Source: the human T2T-CHM13v2.0 reference genome, Homo sapiens
Assembly: GCF_009914755.1 (NCBI RefSeq)
Contig: NC_060944.1
Length of the DNA stretch: 64,000 nucleotides
Strand: one strand, 5' to 3'
Positions 1 to 15,330 of this stretch are shown here, one piece after another; within the stretch, counting starts at the first letter, position 1; each line of letters opens with the position of its first letter. The notes beneath the pieces are model-generated. The model had not been told where the DNA came from and did not search any database. It saw nothing but the letters and a program-made list of their open reading frames with translations. The position numbers and the translations under genes are program-made.

Positions 1-3000
1 AAATAACAGAAGAGAGAGGCAGGGGAGTATGCAGCCAGGGACAGGGGCCAGAGAGGCACCCTCCAGGATACCTTTGGGGCCCTGCACCCTTTCCTGTTCC
101 ATCCACATGCTGTGGGCAGTGACAGGGGCAGGGCAGAAGGCCCAGCGGAGTGCCTCTGCGGGTCTGGTTTGTCATGGAGGGATCAGTGTGTTTCCATGCC
201 TGAATGAGGAACACGCAGATCACAGTTCCCAGAGTACTTTATGTAAAGCTCGTCTTTGCGGCTTCTTGATTTTTATTTATAGAGAGCTATTTCACCTAAA
301 ATAGCAGTTATGCCTTGCCTATGAGCCCATGAGGATGGGATTTGCTCTTGGCAGTTTGGAAATGAGGAGAGGCCTAGAGGAGGGGAAACCAAGTCACAGT
401 CCTCATGGGAAAGGTGGTTTGGGGCTGGAGTGGGCAGTGGAAGGGGCTAGGCATAAAGAAGGTTGTATCTGGGGCTCTGCTGCCAATGTGCCCGGGCTTG
501 GACCCTGGCTCGCCCCTAGCCCTTGGGAGATCATTCAACCTCTCTGTGCCTCGGTTTCCTTATGAATGAAGCGAGCACGCCAGTTACCCCTCCATGGTGT
601 CGTCGGGGCAATTACCTGGATGAGAGATGTGCAGTGCTCAGCAGGATTGTCACGAAGCAGGGGCCGGCATGACAGCTGTGGCTAGGACTCCTTATGTGGG
701 GCCTCAGCCAAGGCTAGCACCAGGGAATGGGCTGATCGGGGCCCTTCATATGGCAGGTGAAGCTCTGCTAGGAACCTGGAAGCGCCAGGCTCCAGGGCAG
801 CACAGAGGAGGGCAGGCAGATGTCAATCAGCAAGCCAAGCCCCACAGTCTGGAAATTTGCACCAGTGTGAGTGGAGGTGGAGCCAGGGAGGAAGTAAATC
901 CCAGAGGAGAAGGCCTGGGCCAACATTTTAGAGCCCAGCGGCAGTACTGAGCCCACTTAGGGAGGTGCCATGGAGTCGTGGCCCCTGGAGCTCCTCGTGC
1001 GTCTGGTTGCTGTGGCAGGTAAGGGTCGGCCTTTGAGGTCCAGGGTCAGGAAAGGACAGGCGCCATGGCGTGCAATAACCCTTATGGGATTGATAGTAAA
1101 ACATACAGAAAATATGTTTCAATAGCAAGCACCACTGCCTCAGTCCTTAAGATGCTAACCAGTTGGCTCCAATGAGTGTGAGGTCAGCCGCGATCCATTT
1201 TGGGAATTCTTTGAAGGCACAAGTGGTGACTCGTGGAATACTTAATAAAACAAAGTAAGGGTTGCCCCTGGAGAACAGAGGTCTGTACAGGCTGGGAGAG
1301 CAGCCAGGAGAGGACAGGATGCTCAAGTCTTTTTGCAGGGCCAGTCATGTCCGAACAACGCCAATTCACTTGCCGTAGGTTGACAGGTGCAGAAGATGAA
1401 AGAGTGGCGAGCCTCAGATGCTATTGCCTTGATGTTATTAGCTCCTGATTCTGACAGCGCAGGGCCTGGCCCAGGGCACAGCTGCGCACAGGGTGAGCAG
1501 CATGCCCTGCTGCAGGAGGGATTTGCCTTGTCACCATCCCCATAGCAGACCCAGGACAAGGTCCGTCACGTTCCTGATGCCAGGGGATGTGACATGTACC
1601 TCCCTCAGTGGCTTCCAGGTGCAGACCCAACACTGACACTGACCTTACAGTCAAATGGCAAAGTAGAAAATCCAACTGTAACACCAGCAAAGGACACTAG
1701 CTTGACAGCACTTTGGAGTATCTGGAGGAAATTAAAAGTATGGTTATGCTTGAAGACATTTCACTAAGTCATAAGTCTCTGGGCTCCTGGGCACATCAAG
1801 ATTTGTGTCATGCACTTTCTGGGAAGAAAACAAAATGGAAAATGAGGACCTTCCATCAGGAAGCTGATCGTTTCCTTCAATGCAAGTACTCTTTGGAAAC
1901 AAAAGCAAAACAAAACAAAAACCATAAAAAATACAAGAACAAGAAATGCTGAAGACAGGTGGAAAGAATGAAAATAGGACTGAAGCAGGCCTGTGCCCTA
2001 GGCAGAGCCAGGCACACGCCTGCTGAGAGGACCCCACTAACAGGTGACCCAGGCAAGAGGCCCCCGGCCGGCTCCGTGTGAACAGATCCTCCCATCTTGT
2101 CGCGTCCGTGTCCACAGTGAAACTCCAGGCACCGCAGGGACGCTGGGGAGAGCCTTCTCTCCACACCCCCTTGGAATGTGCCCCCCACTTTTCGCTGTTC
2201 TGGTGGGCTTTTGGTTTCTTGTCAGGGTTGGGGCTCTGCCAAGTAGCCACAGTGAACACAGAAAGCAGCCCTTGAGCCTGGCCTTCAGCGAGAGTTGCTA
2301 AGGGGTGGCTAGGAGATGAGGAGGGTAGGCTCGGCCCCGCCGCCTCTGCTGTCTGGTTCGAGATCAGCTGCTGGCCACCACAGGGGACATGTGCATTGTC
2401 ATCTATCTTGGGAAAGACTTTGGTAAACATCCAAGTTTCAAAGGAAAAACAAAACCTCACGGTGGCTCCCCTGCAGGATAAAGGACAGCACTGCCTTCTC
2501 TTTTCTTCAGAGGCTGGCTTGAGCCAGGTTTGCATAATCCCCCACCTAGCCCTGAGGTGGGGAGAGAGTGTAAGAAGAGCAGCTTCAGGTGGGGTCCTTA
2601 GATCCTTAGTGCAGTCCCCACAACCGCCCCCTCCACCCCTCCTTCCCCCGCTACATTGCTGGAGTGTGAGGGGCCTATAAGGCCAAAGGGCTGCCCAGGG
2701 GAGGGGCCCAGCACCCAGCTTACCACCTGCACGCCCATCCCCCTTTCTCCATCTTCCTTCCCCTTTGCCTTGCCTCTCCCTGCATCCAGCCAAAGTCCAA
2801 CTCTGCCCTTCAACCTGAAAGCCAAATCCTCTAAGCAAAAGAACTGACACATTTTGGAAAGTGGCAGGAATTCAAGGTGCTGATGCACGTGATGCTGGGC
2901 ATGGCTTTGTGTGAGATTGAAGCATTGGTGGTGATGATCCTGTTGTGCTAATTTCACTAATGACTGGAGAAGAGAAAATCTACAAGGCTTCAGGCAGGTA

Positions 3001-3272
3001 AGGGATATTGAAATTCAAGGCCATCAAAATATTGAGATGCCCTCAGAAAATTTAGGGAAACCTTTGAATATTTCTGCATAAGTCATTCTCTTTCCTGTTT
3101 CTGTCAAAGTCAATTTCGTTGGAAAAATTACACAAGCAAACCTAAATGACACTTGATCATTTTTCACTCCAATTAGCACATACTTATAATCCAAGTAATG
3201 TGAAAAGCTAAATGAACTCACTTTCCTAGTTGTGGGTTTCCTTTATTGGCATGAAGCTGAACTGGCCCTCAT

Positions 3273-3495
3273 GTGCACACATCCACATGCATGGGCACAC
3301 AAGCATGCACGTGCACACACATCCATGCACAGGCATGGAAACACGCATGCACACACACATGTGGACACACACAGACATGCACGGGCACACACATGCTTGG
3401 CACACACAGGTACGCACACATACATGGGCATACACAGGTACACACACATACATGGGCACACACACATCCACATGCACACATGCAGGTACACACAC
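3273..3495. repeat. Degenerate (CA)n/CATG-rich simple repeat
   Basis: cacacacatg-like units throughout; explains the H/T/M and C/V-rich ORFs. Confidence 0.9.
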
Positions 3496-3584
3496 TGTGG
3501 TGAAGTTTGCTTACTGGTTTAAGTAGATTTGTTTTAACTACATCTTCCCCAATATTAAATATCCTTGAAGGTTTTGAGTTGCAG

Positions 3585-3670
3585 GCTCCATGAGAGGGTT
3601 TTTGTCTGGTTTTGTCACTGCTCTGTCAACTGGGCCTGAAATCTAGCACCTAGAAGATGCTCAAATGCTC
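3585..3670 (+). mobile_element. L2 3'-end fragment
   Basis: gtctggttttgtcactgct...tagcacctagaagatgctcaaat resembles the L2 terminus. Confidence 0.55.
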
Positions 3671-5698
3671 AGTGGAGTTGGTGAGCAGTGGAGGGTGGTG
3701 GAGGAGGAGCAGAGCTCTGTTTTGACACTGTAGTGTGAGGAGCTTTACCCCCACCCTCAGGGGACCATTGGGCAGCCGCAAGCTCAGAGGGGAGGCATGG
3801 CCGGGTGCTGGAGTCACCACCAGCATTGGAAGAGCACTGAGCCCCCCGGCTGGCCAAGCTCAGTAGGTAGTGAGAGAAGGAAGAAAAGATAAAGGAAGGG
3901 TCTTGGAGTCATCCCAACGTGTGGAGGCCCAGAGGAGGAGACCCAGCCCTGGAAGCTGGGGACAGAGCCGCGGATACTGGCCTTTTGAGATCCCTGGCTC
4001 TGGCAGCTCGGCTGGTTGCATCCCGGCCACACCCCTGCTCGCTGGGTATGGGGAGGGAGGATCTGGGAGAGAACTGGGTTTGAACACAGCAGAGGCTTCA
4101 CCAGCAAAGTACAGGGGCAGGGAAGAGGGCCGGGGGCGGGGCGGCGCGCATGGCCGAGGACTGGATCACTGAGTGCAGATTGAGAAGCACAGCAGGGCAG
4201 TATGTGTGGGACTTGTGGTGTAAGGGAAGATAGTGAAGGATGGAGGATTGAGCGCACAGTGTCAGGGAAGCTGCTGGGGGCATGAGCAGGGAGGAATGCT
4301 GAGAAGAGTGGCCTTAGAACCACACAGCTAGAGGAGCTGGCGGGTCCGAGGGTGACTGTGGGAGTGGATGGCTCAGGAGGAGCAGCAGGAGAGATCATCG
4401 AAGTGGGGCGTGACGAGCTCGAGAAGCTAGCACGTTGGGTGGGCACTGAAGTCACAGAGAGTGGCGTAGGCAGTGGTGGGTGAATGGACAGGGCGCCTGG
4501 TGCTGACATCACTCATTCCTGGGGGACTGGTGCCACCAAACATCTGTGAAATTGAGCCCTGAGGGATGAGGAGGAACAGGATGCAGGGAACAGACCCCCC
4601 CGGGAGAGGTGCATGTGGCCGGGAGGGTGGGCAGGACTGGAGGCAGCAGGGACCGGGGCCCTGAGGGGCCACCCTACTCACCCTGTCCCTTTGCCCTGCA
4701 GAAGGCTGGCCTGACTACCCAGAGGAACCCCTGCTGTGCTGGCTTCAGGGACCTCAGACGTGACAGGCACCTCCAGCCTTCCCCATGTACTGAGAGAGGA
4801 CCTGGTGGCCTTCTTCCCCTCTGAGGGAGGCCCAGAAATGCACTTGGTGCCCTGGCAGGGTGCAGGGCCTCCTCAGCCCTCTGAGTTTTTGCATTAATGT
4901 AGGACCCTCTGTCAGGAGTGACTCCTACTACCTCAGTCCAGGTCCAGGGTTCTCATTCAATCTATAACCATGCCCTGGTCAGTTAAAAAGGTAGAACTCA
5001 GTTACAAGAACAGTCACTAATGCATCTGCGGTAGTCATGGTCATTGACAGCTGTATTTATTATGCTTAACACTGTAAATTTAAACTAAGACAAGGATACG
5101 ATGCAGTACAATGGCCATGTTCCTCTACTAGGGTGGGATTTGCCACTTAAACTTTGTGACCCACTTTTATGACATTCTCAGGGACATCAGAAGGGAGGGT
5201 GGATTTCTTGTCAGCTGTTTCAGAAGACAGGACTACCCTCCAGGCCCTCAGCTCACTTCTGACCTGCCCTCTAGTCTGCCCCTGGCTTGCTGGAGGCCAG
5301 CCACTTGGCGGCTTTTAGAGGGTCACCTCCCCATTCACTGCACATGACACTTATCCAAGGCCACCCGCACCCCAGTTTATCCCTCAGGCATCACCCCAGT
5401 TACCAGTCCCAGCCCGCTTCATCCAGTTCCCCGAGCTGACGGATTCTCTGTCATGCAATGGCAGCGAGTCTGGGAATGTAGCCTGTGGTCTGGGGCCAGG
5501 AGGGCGGCTGTGCTGATCCACCTTTCCCTGAGATGCTGACTCGCAACCCAGCCTCCAGCAGCAATGTGCATAGCTGGAACAAACATGCCAGAGAACATCC
5601 CCTTAGAAAAGTGCCTTGGGGATTTATTTGGACAGAACAAGGATCAAGTCCTAGGGCTAGGACTTCACTCTCTTCATGCACAAAACGAGAGTAATTGA

Positions 5699-6127
<429 letters not shown>

Positions 6128-6144
6128 ATATTTCTGTTTTTAAA

Positions 6145-6460
6145 AACTGGGGTTGACTGCATGTTTCAGGAGCAGCAAGAGAGGGAACCCATCCTTCGCT
6201 TTTCCCCGTAAATGTTAATTTGACGATACACTTGTCCGTTCCGCCAGCTGTGGTGCTGATGGGACCGCACTGAATCTATGGCTGCGTTTGAGAAGTGTTG
6301 CCGTCTAATGATACTCAGTTTTCCAGTTAATGAACATGGATATCTCTCCATATATTTAGGTCTTCTGTGATTTCTTCCAATGAGATGTCTTGTAGCTCTC
6401 AGCAGACAAATGTTTCATTTCTTTTGTTAAATTTAATTCCTTAAGATTTTATCCTTTTTG
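6145..6460 (-). mobile_element. Old L1M ORF2 fragment
   Basis: tgaacatggatatctctccatatatttaggtcttc; minus-strand ERYPCS..GKLSII resembles L1 ORF2 ([12 protein letters not shown]). Confidence 0.7.
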
Positions 6461-6479
6461 ATTCTAAAAGCATGGGTTT

Positions 6480-6700
6480 CTATAGTGGAATAAATGTGGG
6501 TTTTGGCATTGGGCACACCTGGGTGTAACTCTTACTGACCAGGTTTGTAATGCAGGGCAAGATACTGTTTTGTTTTTTTCTGAACATCTGTTTTCTCATC
6601 TTTAAAATGGGCATCATAATTCATTTCTACTTGGCTTAGTGAGATGATCACTTGGGATAACGTATGTGAAAATACACAGCACAGTGTGGTAAATACTAGT
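6480..6700 (+). mobile_element. MIR
   Basis: ctgttttctcatctttaaaatggg core and gtgaaaatacacagcacagtg tail. Confidence 0.7.
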
Positions 6701-7139
6701 TTCCTTTCCCAGATCTACAGTAAAGCTTATCCTGACACTAAAGCACTATATCCCCTGACACAATATACCCAGAGCTGGGGGAGAAAAAAAGATCTGTTGG
6801 CTTTCACTTTTGTACTTTAAATATTTAAGATTTTTCTTATCCTTATTTTTTCTTTAGTGATGTAATTTTTATCTATTTCTAATTCTCAATTTCTATGCCT
6901 TCCCCCTCAAAATCCTCCTGGTACCTTTGAGTTTCTAGATCCAGCCTTAGTAGGCTTATTAGAGTTTTATATCTTCACAGTAGTACTAATACCATTTGCT
7001 TAATTTACTATTTCATTGCTAGCTCATATCTATCTTAGGAGATAGAATTTTATCAGAATTTTATTCTTCTGTTCTTACATATTTGAAATGAGATGATTGA
7101 TGTCCAGGCCCTGTGAATCAAGTAAGTTTTTTCTGCTTC

Positions 7140-7499
<360 letters not shown>

Positions 7500-8089
7500 T
7501 AGTATTTTCTTTTAAATCACAAATGGGCTTCTTAGATTTCAGCGCAGTTGGGGTCTTGGAAGGGATTGAACTAGTCTTCTATGTGCACTGTACTGCCCAT
7601 GCCATACAGAGGGGAGGTAAGAACAGATGGAAAAGGAGCATTTCTTCACGAACCTGGGGTCTCTGCCCAAAGTTAAATGGATACAAGGGCTTCTAGGCAA
7701 CCCTGGGGCCCATTGCTGTTAAAAAGAAAAACCAGGAGCTAGTGAAGAATGTCAGCTACAGGGGCTGAAGAGCAGAGCTTAGCTTATGGCCCCAGAGTGT
7801 ATTTGAAGATCATGCACTATTCTGGTTTTATATGTGATCTGTGGATCCACTTCTGCCTGAAGGAGATGGAAAACAATGGCTAAGTGCTGACAGTAAAGAG
7901 CTCTTTCAACCTGGATTGTCCAGACCCATGATCTTACACTGGAATCTCAACACAGGCTGTCATATAGAGCAGACTTGGCCATCAGCCAAAGGCCTGGGCA
8001 GGTTATTTAAATAAACACTAGAATCTCACAGCCCTCATTCCAGGGTGGTTTCCCACATGCTGATCTCACAGCCCAGCCTTTAAACAAAA

Positions 8090-9365
<1,276 letters not shown>

Positions 9366-10454
9366 TAGGACATGAGGTTTTATGTTCTCATTCTCAGGCC
9401 CAGTGGCACAGTTATTTCTGGCAGTGTGGAAGGATAATTAACTCATATTCACCACCACCCTACTCTGCTACCCAGGCAAGGCTGCACTGCATACATCCAT
9501 AAATGACAATTAGGATGTTTACCTATGAACATGAGAGAACTACCAACATGCGCCAACCTTTGATGGCATAAACACTTACAGCAACTAATGTGGACTAGAA
9601 GTGACATGTACGGACTGAGTCGGTCGGTACCTGTCCAGATTCACTGGCTTTGCCAAGAACCTAACTGTCCAAACAGCCATTCTCCATGCCCTGCCCGGGT
9701 AGAGGCTGCTCACTGGTGGGAGAGAAAGCAGGAAAGCAAAAGCATCCTTGGTAAGGCAAGGAGTGAACACGCTCCCATCATGTAAAAATTCTATACAACA
9801 CAATGAAAATCTTTATACATAGTTCATATCAATATATGTAAGGCTGATTCCTGATTATCAGCCAAGGGAGTGGGGTAATAGATGCCTTATAAATCATGCC
9901 AGTAATTTTCACGATTCTAATGCAAATAGCTACACTGAGAAGTGCCATCACTGCTCACTCCGTACCCACTCATCTCCCCGGATTTAGTGAGAAGTGAAAT
10001 GGCCCAAAGGTGGGCATCAGGAAAGGGAACCCAAAAAAGGCCACAGCCAGCCAGCCGTGTCCAGACTGTGGGTTTGCTGCCAAAGACTCCAGACTCAGTT
10101 TCTGTGCGTCTGTGTCGACAAAAGCACCAGAACTTGCTAGCATCCCTAGTCCTCTCGGTGATGGTGATGTTTGATTTATGCATGTATATCTCTCAAATGG
10201 CATTTTAAATGATGCCAAATGTGATTCCTATGTTTCTTTAAAAGTGAATAAATATAATTCACAGAAATCGTTGATAGAAAATGGCAGAAAAAATAGAAAT
10301 ACCTTCTATGTTGCCAAAGAAAGGATGGAGTCCTTTTCTATCGAGTGTTGTTTTCATCCTTTTTCCATGAGTTTCCACAAAACATTGGGCTGTTCAGGCA
10401 TTTCAGTATCAACTTAGAGAGTTGGCTGTTTCTAGTTGGAAAACAAAAGCAGAT

Positions 10455-10459
10455 TCTTT

Positions 10460-10512
<53 letters not shown>

Positions 10513-10565
10513 TTTCTTTCTTTCTTTCTTTTTTCTTTCTCTCTCTCTCTTTCTTCTTTTTTTCC
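10455..10565. repeat. (TTTC)n microsatellite
   Basis: About 13 pure TTTC units plus a CT/T extension. Confidence 0.95.
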
Positions 10566-11524
10566 TTCTGTCTTAATTCAAGTGATGTGTGCCATGCTTG
10601 TTACAGATCGTAAAACCCAAGCGCACTGCTGTGTGCAGACACCACAGCATCTTTCTTTAGACTTGACCTCACGTCTGGCTCCACAACATGCTTAGTTAAA
10701 GCTCAGCTTTTAAAATGATGGTCCTGTCAGCCATGTCCATTGGAATATCAGTGACCTGCCTGACCAAGGAGGACACTGCAGAGTGTGGGATTTATATTTG
10801 GAAGCATGTACTGTGGAAGATTCATTCCTCATAAAGCAAAATAAATTGCATTTATGATCTTAGGCTGACAAGGTGTATGCAGAACTCTGGGGAAGCCCTG
10901 AGGGAAAGTTTTCTAACTAGTGAAGAAATATTGAAAACAGAAGTGGGGTAGCTGTCCAACTCTACCGTATAAACACTAAAAAACACAAGAAATGAAACTT
11001 GAAAAAAAGATATTTCCTCAAACTGGCAAGCATACTAAAATAATTTGAAGCTTTTAGGAAAAGAAATCTACCTATCTATCTACTTATCTACCTATGTAGA
11101 TAACATCTATCTACCTATGTAGACAGCATATTTACATATTCCATCTATTTTTTTATATTATAAAGGTTATTTTGTACTTTACATATGTAGGGTGTGCTTT
11201 GCTTTGCAGATTGTACTTCTACTTATAATCTACTAAAACTCTTGAAGATGGCGATTCCTCTGGGACCTAAATGTCGTACCTGTAGCTTCCATATCCTCTG
11301 CAGCATGCACAGGGCAGTAGCCCCGGATGACAGCGAAGATAGCACGTGTGAGGTGCTCTGAGCAGCAGGAGTGGATTCCATGGATCGAATCTGTGAATCC
11401 AGTTCACGGATATCGTTGATCACCCTTCAAGCTTATTTCAGGCCCTAAGCTGTGCTGTGCCCAGCCGTTTATGTGGCTGCATTTCTGATGGGAAGCTATA
11501 TAGAGTAGGGACTGGGGACAGAGG

Positions 11525-11690
11525 TCCCAAGGCCACACCGGCTGGGTTCAGATTCCAGCCTTGCCACTTATTAGCTGTGTGACCATCAGTGACATACTTT
11601 GCCTCTCTGTACCTCTGTTCCCTCTTCTGGAAATGGGGGTAGTTATAGAATGTCCATGTCACAGGGGGTTATTACGTATTTCATGGTAAG
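11525..11690 (+). mobile_element. MIR
   Basis: ctgggttcagattccagccttgccacttattagctgtgtgacc...ctctgtacctctgttccctcttctggaaatggg. Confidence 0.8.
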
Positions 11691-11789
11691 CTTAGTCCCT
11701 GTGCTTCCGATATTATTCATCTGTCATGCACTAGACTCTGTCTTACAGAGTTAAAGAAGCACCCACTTGTGGTGTCTCATCCAGGAGAG

Positions 11790-12235
11790 TTTTATGCATC
11801 AGAGCAAGTAAGGCCGGTGCCCCAGGTGTACCCACTGGGCACTCACCTCTGCAGGCCCCGAGCTGCTTCTGGCTGACACCTGTGGCCTTTTTCCTGGGGA
11901 TTCTTTTCCAGCAAGGGGAGACTGCTCTGCCCATGCCAGGGCAAGCTAAGGGCCGAGAACGAATGGCCCACGAGCAGCCCTTGGCCAGTGGCGGGCAGGA
12001 CGTTGCTGGGAAGATGCCCCTGTCCTGATAGCTGTGAGTGAATGTCCTATACAGTCCCCTAGACGTTCCCACAGGGCTGAGCCCCAGCCACTGGCAGCAG
12101 CAACTGGCTTAACCACACATACCCCTCACCTTCTTTCTGTTCCCTACCTTTCTTGCCCCTACCCAGTGCTTTCTGGAACCACCTCCCAAGTGCACTCAGA
12201 TCCTCGTCGCAGGGCCAGCTTCTGGGAGGTCTTGG
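11790..12235. mobile_element. Old ERVL-type LTR (LTR16/LTR33-like)
   Basis: gcagcccttggccagtg...cacctcccaagtgcactcagatcctcgtcgcagggccagcttctggg. Confidence 0.45.
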
Positions 12236-13574
12236 GCATCATCCTGGATGCAGGAGTCATAGCCTTGTGGAAGCAGCAGGCCTGTTCTGCGTCATCTGCT
12301 TTCTCCCCATCACTAAGTGAATCCTGTCCAGGACAAGTGGCGAGCAGGGCTTGGAGTGTCACGTGGGAGGCAGTGTCTCTTGGGAAGCATCTCTGCCTGT
12401 GCATCAGTGCTGCTCTGATTCACAGAGCATCGTCCTGGCCTCTCCAGGATGAATCATACCCCGGGCACAGACAGGAATGAATGTCAGGGAGACAGAATCT
12501 CTCAGAATCCTCACCCTTGAATCTTCCCTGCAGAGTTCTGGGAAAGAATGACTTTGAAACAATCATTTATTTGACCCTGGCAGCTATTTCAGTGACTTTT
12601 AAGCAAGCTATTTTAGTGATTTTTAAGAGTTAGTGTCATTCCATGGATGTCCCATTCAAATCTTTGTTAAGAACATGCTAATTTGCTTTTCTGGATCAAA
12701 TGCACATCCTCCAAGTGCATTGCCATTTGGCTTCTGGTTAGGATGGTGTGAAGGCCTTGGGGCTGTCCTCTCTGTTAAAGGAAATAAAATACAAAGGTCA
12801 CTGAAGAAGAGAAGAGTGACAGTACTGATTCATACAGTGCCTGCTGACGTGTCTGGAAAGCAGAGCGCTGACGTGGGAGTTTTGTCTTTGCATTTATGTT
12901 AATTCTGCTTTAAACTCTGGGAAATTAAGTAGATACGAACTTTGGCACAATTATGTTCAGTGATCATTCAAGATGTCATAGCATGAAGCCCATCACACTT
13001 CCAAGTTTCAAGGGCCCTTTATCTGGGATGCGTGAATGGACAGATTCATGGTCAGGGTCTCAGAAGCTTTGTGGTCTTCAGCTGAGCTTGGGAAGCAGAC
13101 TGTGCCCTCATTCTTCTCATTCCTTCTTCTCTGTTGCTCCTTCCTGAGGACTGTGGGGGAAGGCAGGCGTCCCCTGCCAGAAGGCGGCTTGTAATGCCTG
13201 GAAATATAGCTGGGGATGCGTTCCTTCTGCACGGTACTTATCACGCAAGGCAGGGCGGACAGGTGGCAATATAACCAGCTAACTAAATGCACAGATGATC
13301 CTAACAAGGTGGAGGAAAAAGATCAGGAAAAATGAGATCACACCAAGAGGGAGGTGAGCACCTCAAATATATTTTGGTGTCTAGAGCTGGCTGTGTGCTC
13401 AGCAGCAGTGCTGAGAGGGAGACACAATCAGCAGCATGACTCACAGTGTCCACGCGGTAAAAATAGACCAGGGGCTCAGGAGAAGCTCGTCTACTTTTGC
13501 TCTGATACGGGATGCAGAGTTCTCATAGAAGCAATGAGCGTCACCCCCAAAATCCCCCAATGGGAATGCCTCCC

Positions 13575-13749
13575 CAGCCCCCCAGCGCTCCAGTCCCTCT
13601 GACCCTTTGCTAGCTTTCCACTGCTCTTATCTGCAGAACTCATTTATTGAGCTCATGATCTCAGCCCCCTGGCACTCCAATCCCCCTGACCCTGTGCTAA
13701 CTTTCCTACAGCTCTTATCTGCAGAACTCACTCATTGAGCTCATGATCT
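13575..13749. repeat. ~87-bp tandem duplication (2 copies)
   Basis: cagcccc...ctcttatctgcagaactca...attgagctcatgatct starting at 13575 and 13662. Confidence 0.9.
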
Positions 13750-13935
13750 GCCTCTCATCTTTAGGTCAAGTGTGAGCTTCACAAGAACACAGGCTTCTTC
13801 TGGCTGCTTCCCTGCCACCCCCAGCGCCTACTGCAGGGTGCGTACTCGGGCATGACTTGTTGAATGACTGGATTGAAGACATTTCATGAGGATTGCTGCT
13901 TACAAAGCAGATCCGTGGGATCCAGGGAGAGCAGG

Positions 13936-14236
13936 TTTTTTTTTTTTTTTTTTTTTGAGACGGAGTCTCACACTTTCGCCCAGGCTGTAGTACAGTGGCA
14001 TGATCTTGGCTCACTGCAAGCTCCACCTCCCAGGCTCACGCCATTCTCCTGTCTCAGCCTCCTGAGTAGCTGGGACTACAGGCACCTGCCACCACGCCGA
14101 CTAATTTTTTGTATTTTTAGTAGAGACAGGGCTTCACCGTGTTAGCCAGGATAGTCTTGGTCTCCTGACCTCGTGATCCGCCCGCCTCGGCCTCCCAAAG
14201 TGCTGGGATTACAGGTGTGAGCCACCGCGCCCAGCC
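13936..14236 (-). mobile_element. AluY
   Basis: AluY diagnostics; TSD ggagagcag on both flanks. Confidence 0.95.
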
Positions 14237-14639
14237 AGGAGAGCAGTTTTATGCTTTGCGGACTTTCATTGGTGTGGCTATCTGATGGCTTGTTTCACTG
14301 CAGTGTAGATTGTGGCATAGGTAGCCCGGGGAGCAATGAAGTCGCACATAATAAAGAGACCCTATGCGTAGCAAAAAGGCTTAAAGGAACCCCTGGAAAG
14401 AAAACAGGGAAAGACAGGACAGAGATGCAGCGAAGGAAACCCAAGCCCAAACAAGCCCGACTGAGCTCCCTTGGCCCTCTCTGGATGCCACCCTCACCCT
14501 GGCTCTAGGTCTCCATCTGTGGCTCGGAGGCTGCCTGGGGGCTGGGACCTGAGGCTGTATTGTCCCTGTGGTGGAGCATGGATGTTCTTAGTTTTCAGTT
14601 TTCTTCAGAATGAATCCGGATCCAAACTTTAAAATCTGT

Positions 14640-15330
14640 AGCTCATGAAGAACAGCTTCTACTTCAAAGAAGGCCAGTCACGAGGGAACATAGAGAGTTG
14701 GGAGATGTCAGAGTTGAGACGGAGACTAAACGGGGGTTGGCATATGCTGGCTCTCATGAGCTACGCAAAAGCCTTTGGTCTGTGCCCCGGGAGCTGGGTC
14801 ACTGAAGAATTCCTGCAGAGCTGTCACAGAATCAGTTCCCCATCTGAAAGACCCTGTGACTGCTGCACTAGCCCAGTAAGGATGTGGGGAAGCAACTAGG
14901 AAATCGTTGAAGTGGCCTGGGTGAGAGGATGGTAGCTTGGTCCAGGGTGACAAGGGGGAAGAATCAGTAGGACTTGTTGATGCTTTGATTTTCATGGAGG
15001 AGGTGGTGAACAGATCCCAGGTGTGGGGCAAGGCCAGGTGAGCCGCGGCAGGGCTGTTCACAGACGTGGTGGGTGAGGAGCCAGCAGAGGGTCTGTGCGT
15101 GTCCAGCTTGCTAGCTGAGTGGTCATCGGCACAGGGTAGGTAGGTGGCACCGCGGGCTACAGGGAGATGAGCTGGAAAAGGCTGAAGAGAGGACCTGGCA
15201 AAGAGTCATTGAGAAGTCATTGGGAAGCAGGAAAACCAGCCAAGGGTGCGCAGCCAGGGGAGCCCTGGGGAAATTCTCTCAAGGAGAAGGAAGATGCCCA
15301 GGGTGTCATATTTGTCTGAGGTCAGGCCTG
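14640..15330 (-). mobile_element. Degraded L2
   Basis: Purine-rich L2-like motifs (ggatggtagcttggtccaggg, gaatcagtaggacttgttgatg). Confidence 0.5.

Noticed and set aside
1744-2850. 368-aa minus-strand ORF
   Set aside because: No recognisable domain; composition typical of a chance ORF in GC-rich noncoding DNA.
3226-3526. Stack of His/Thr and Cys/Val ORFs
   Set aside because: Translation of a (CA)n-like simple repeat.
3814-4512. 232-aa Pro/Ser-rich minus-strand ORF
   Set aside because: Reflects G/A strand skew of degraded repeat-like sequence; no homology recognised.
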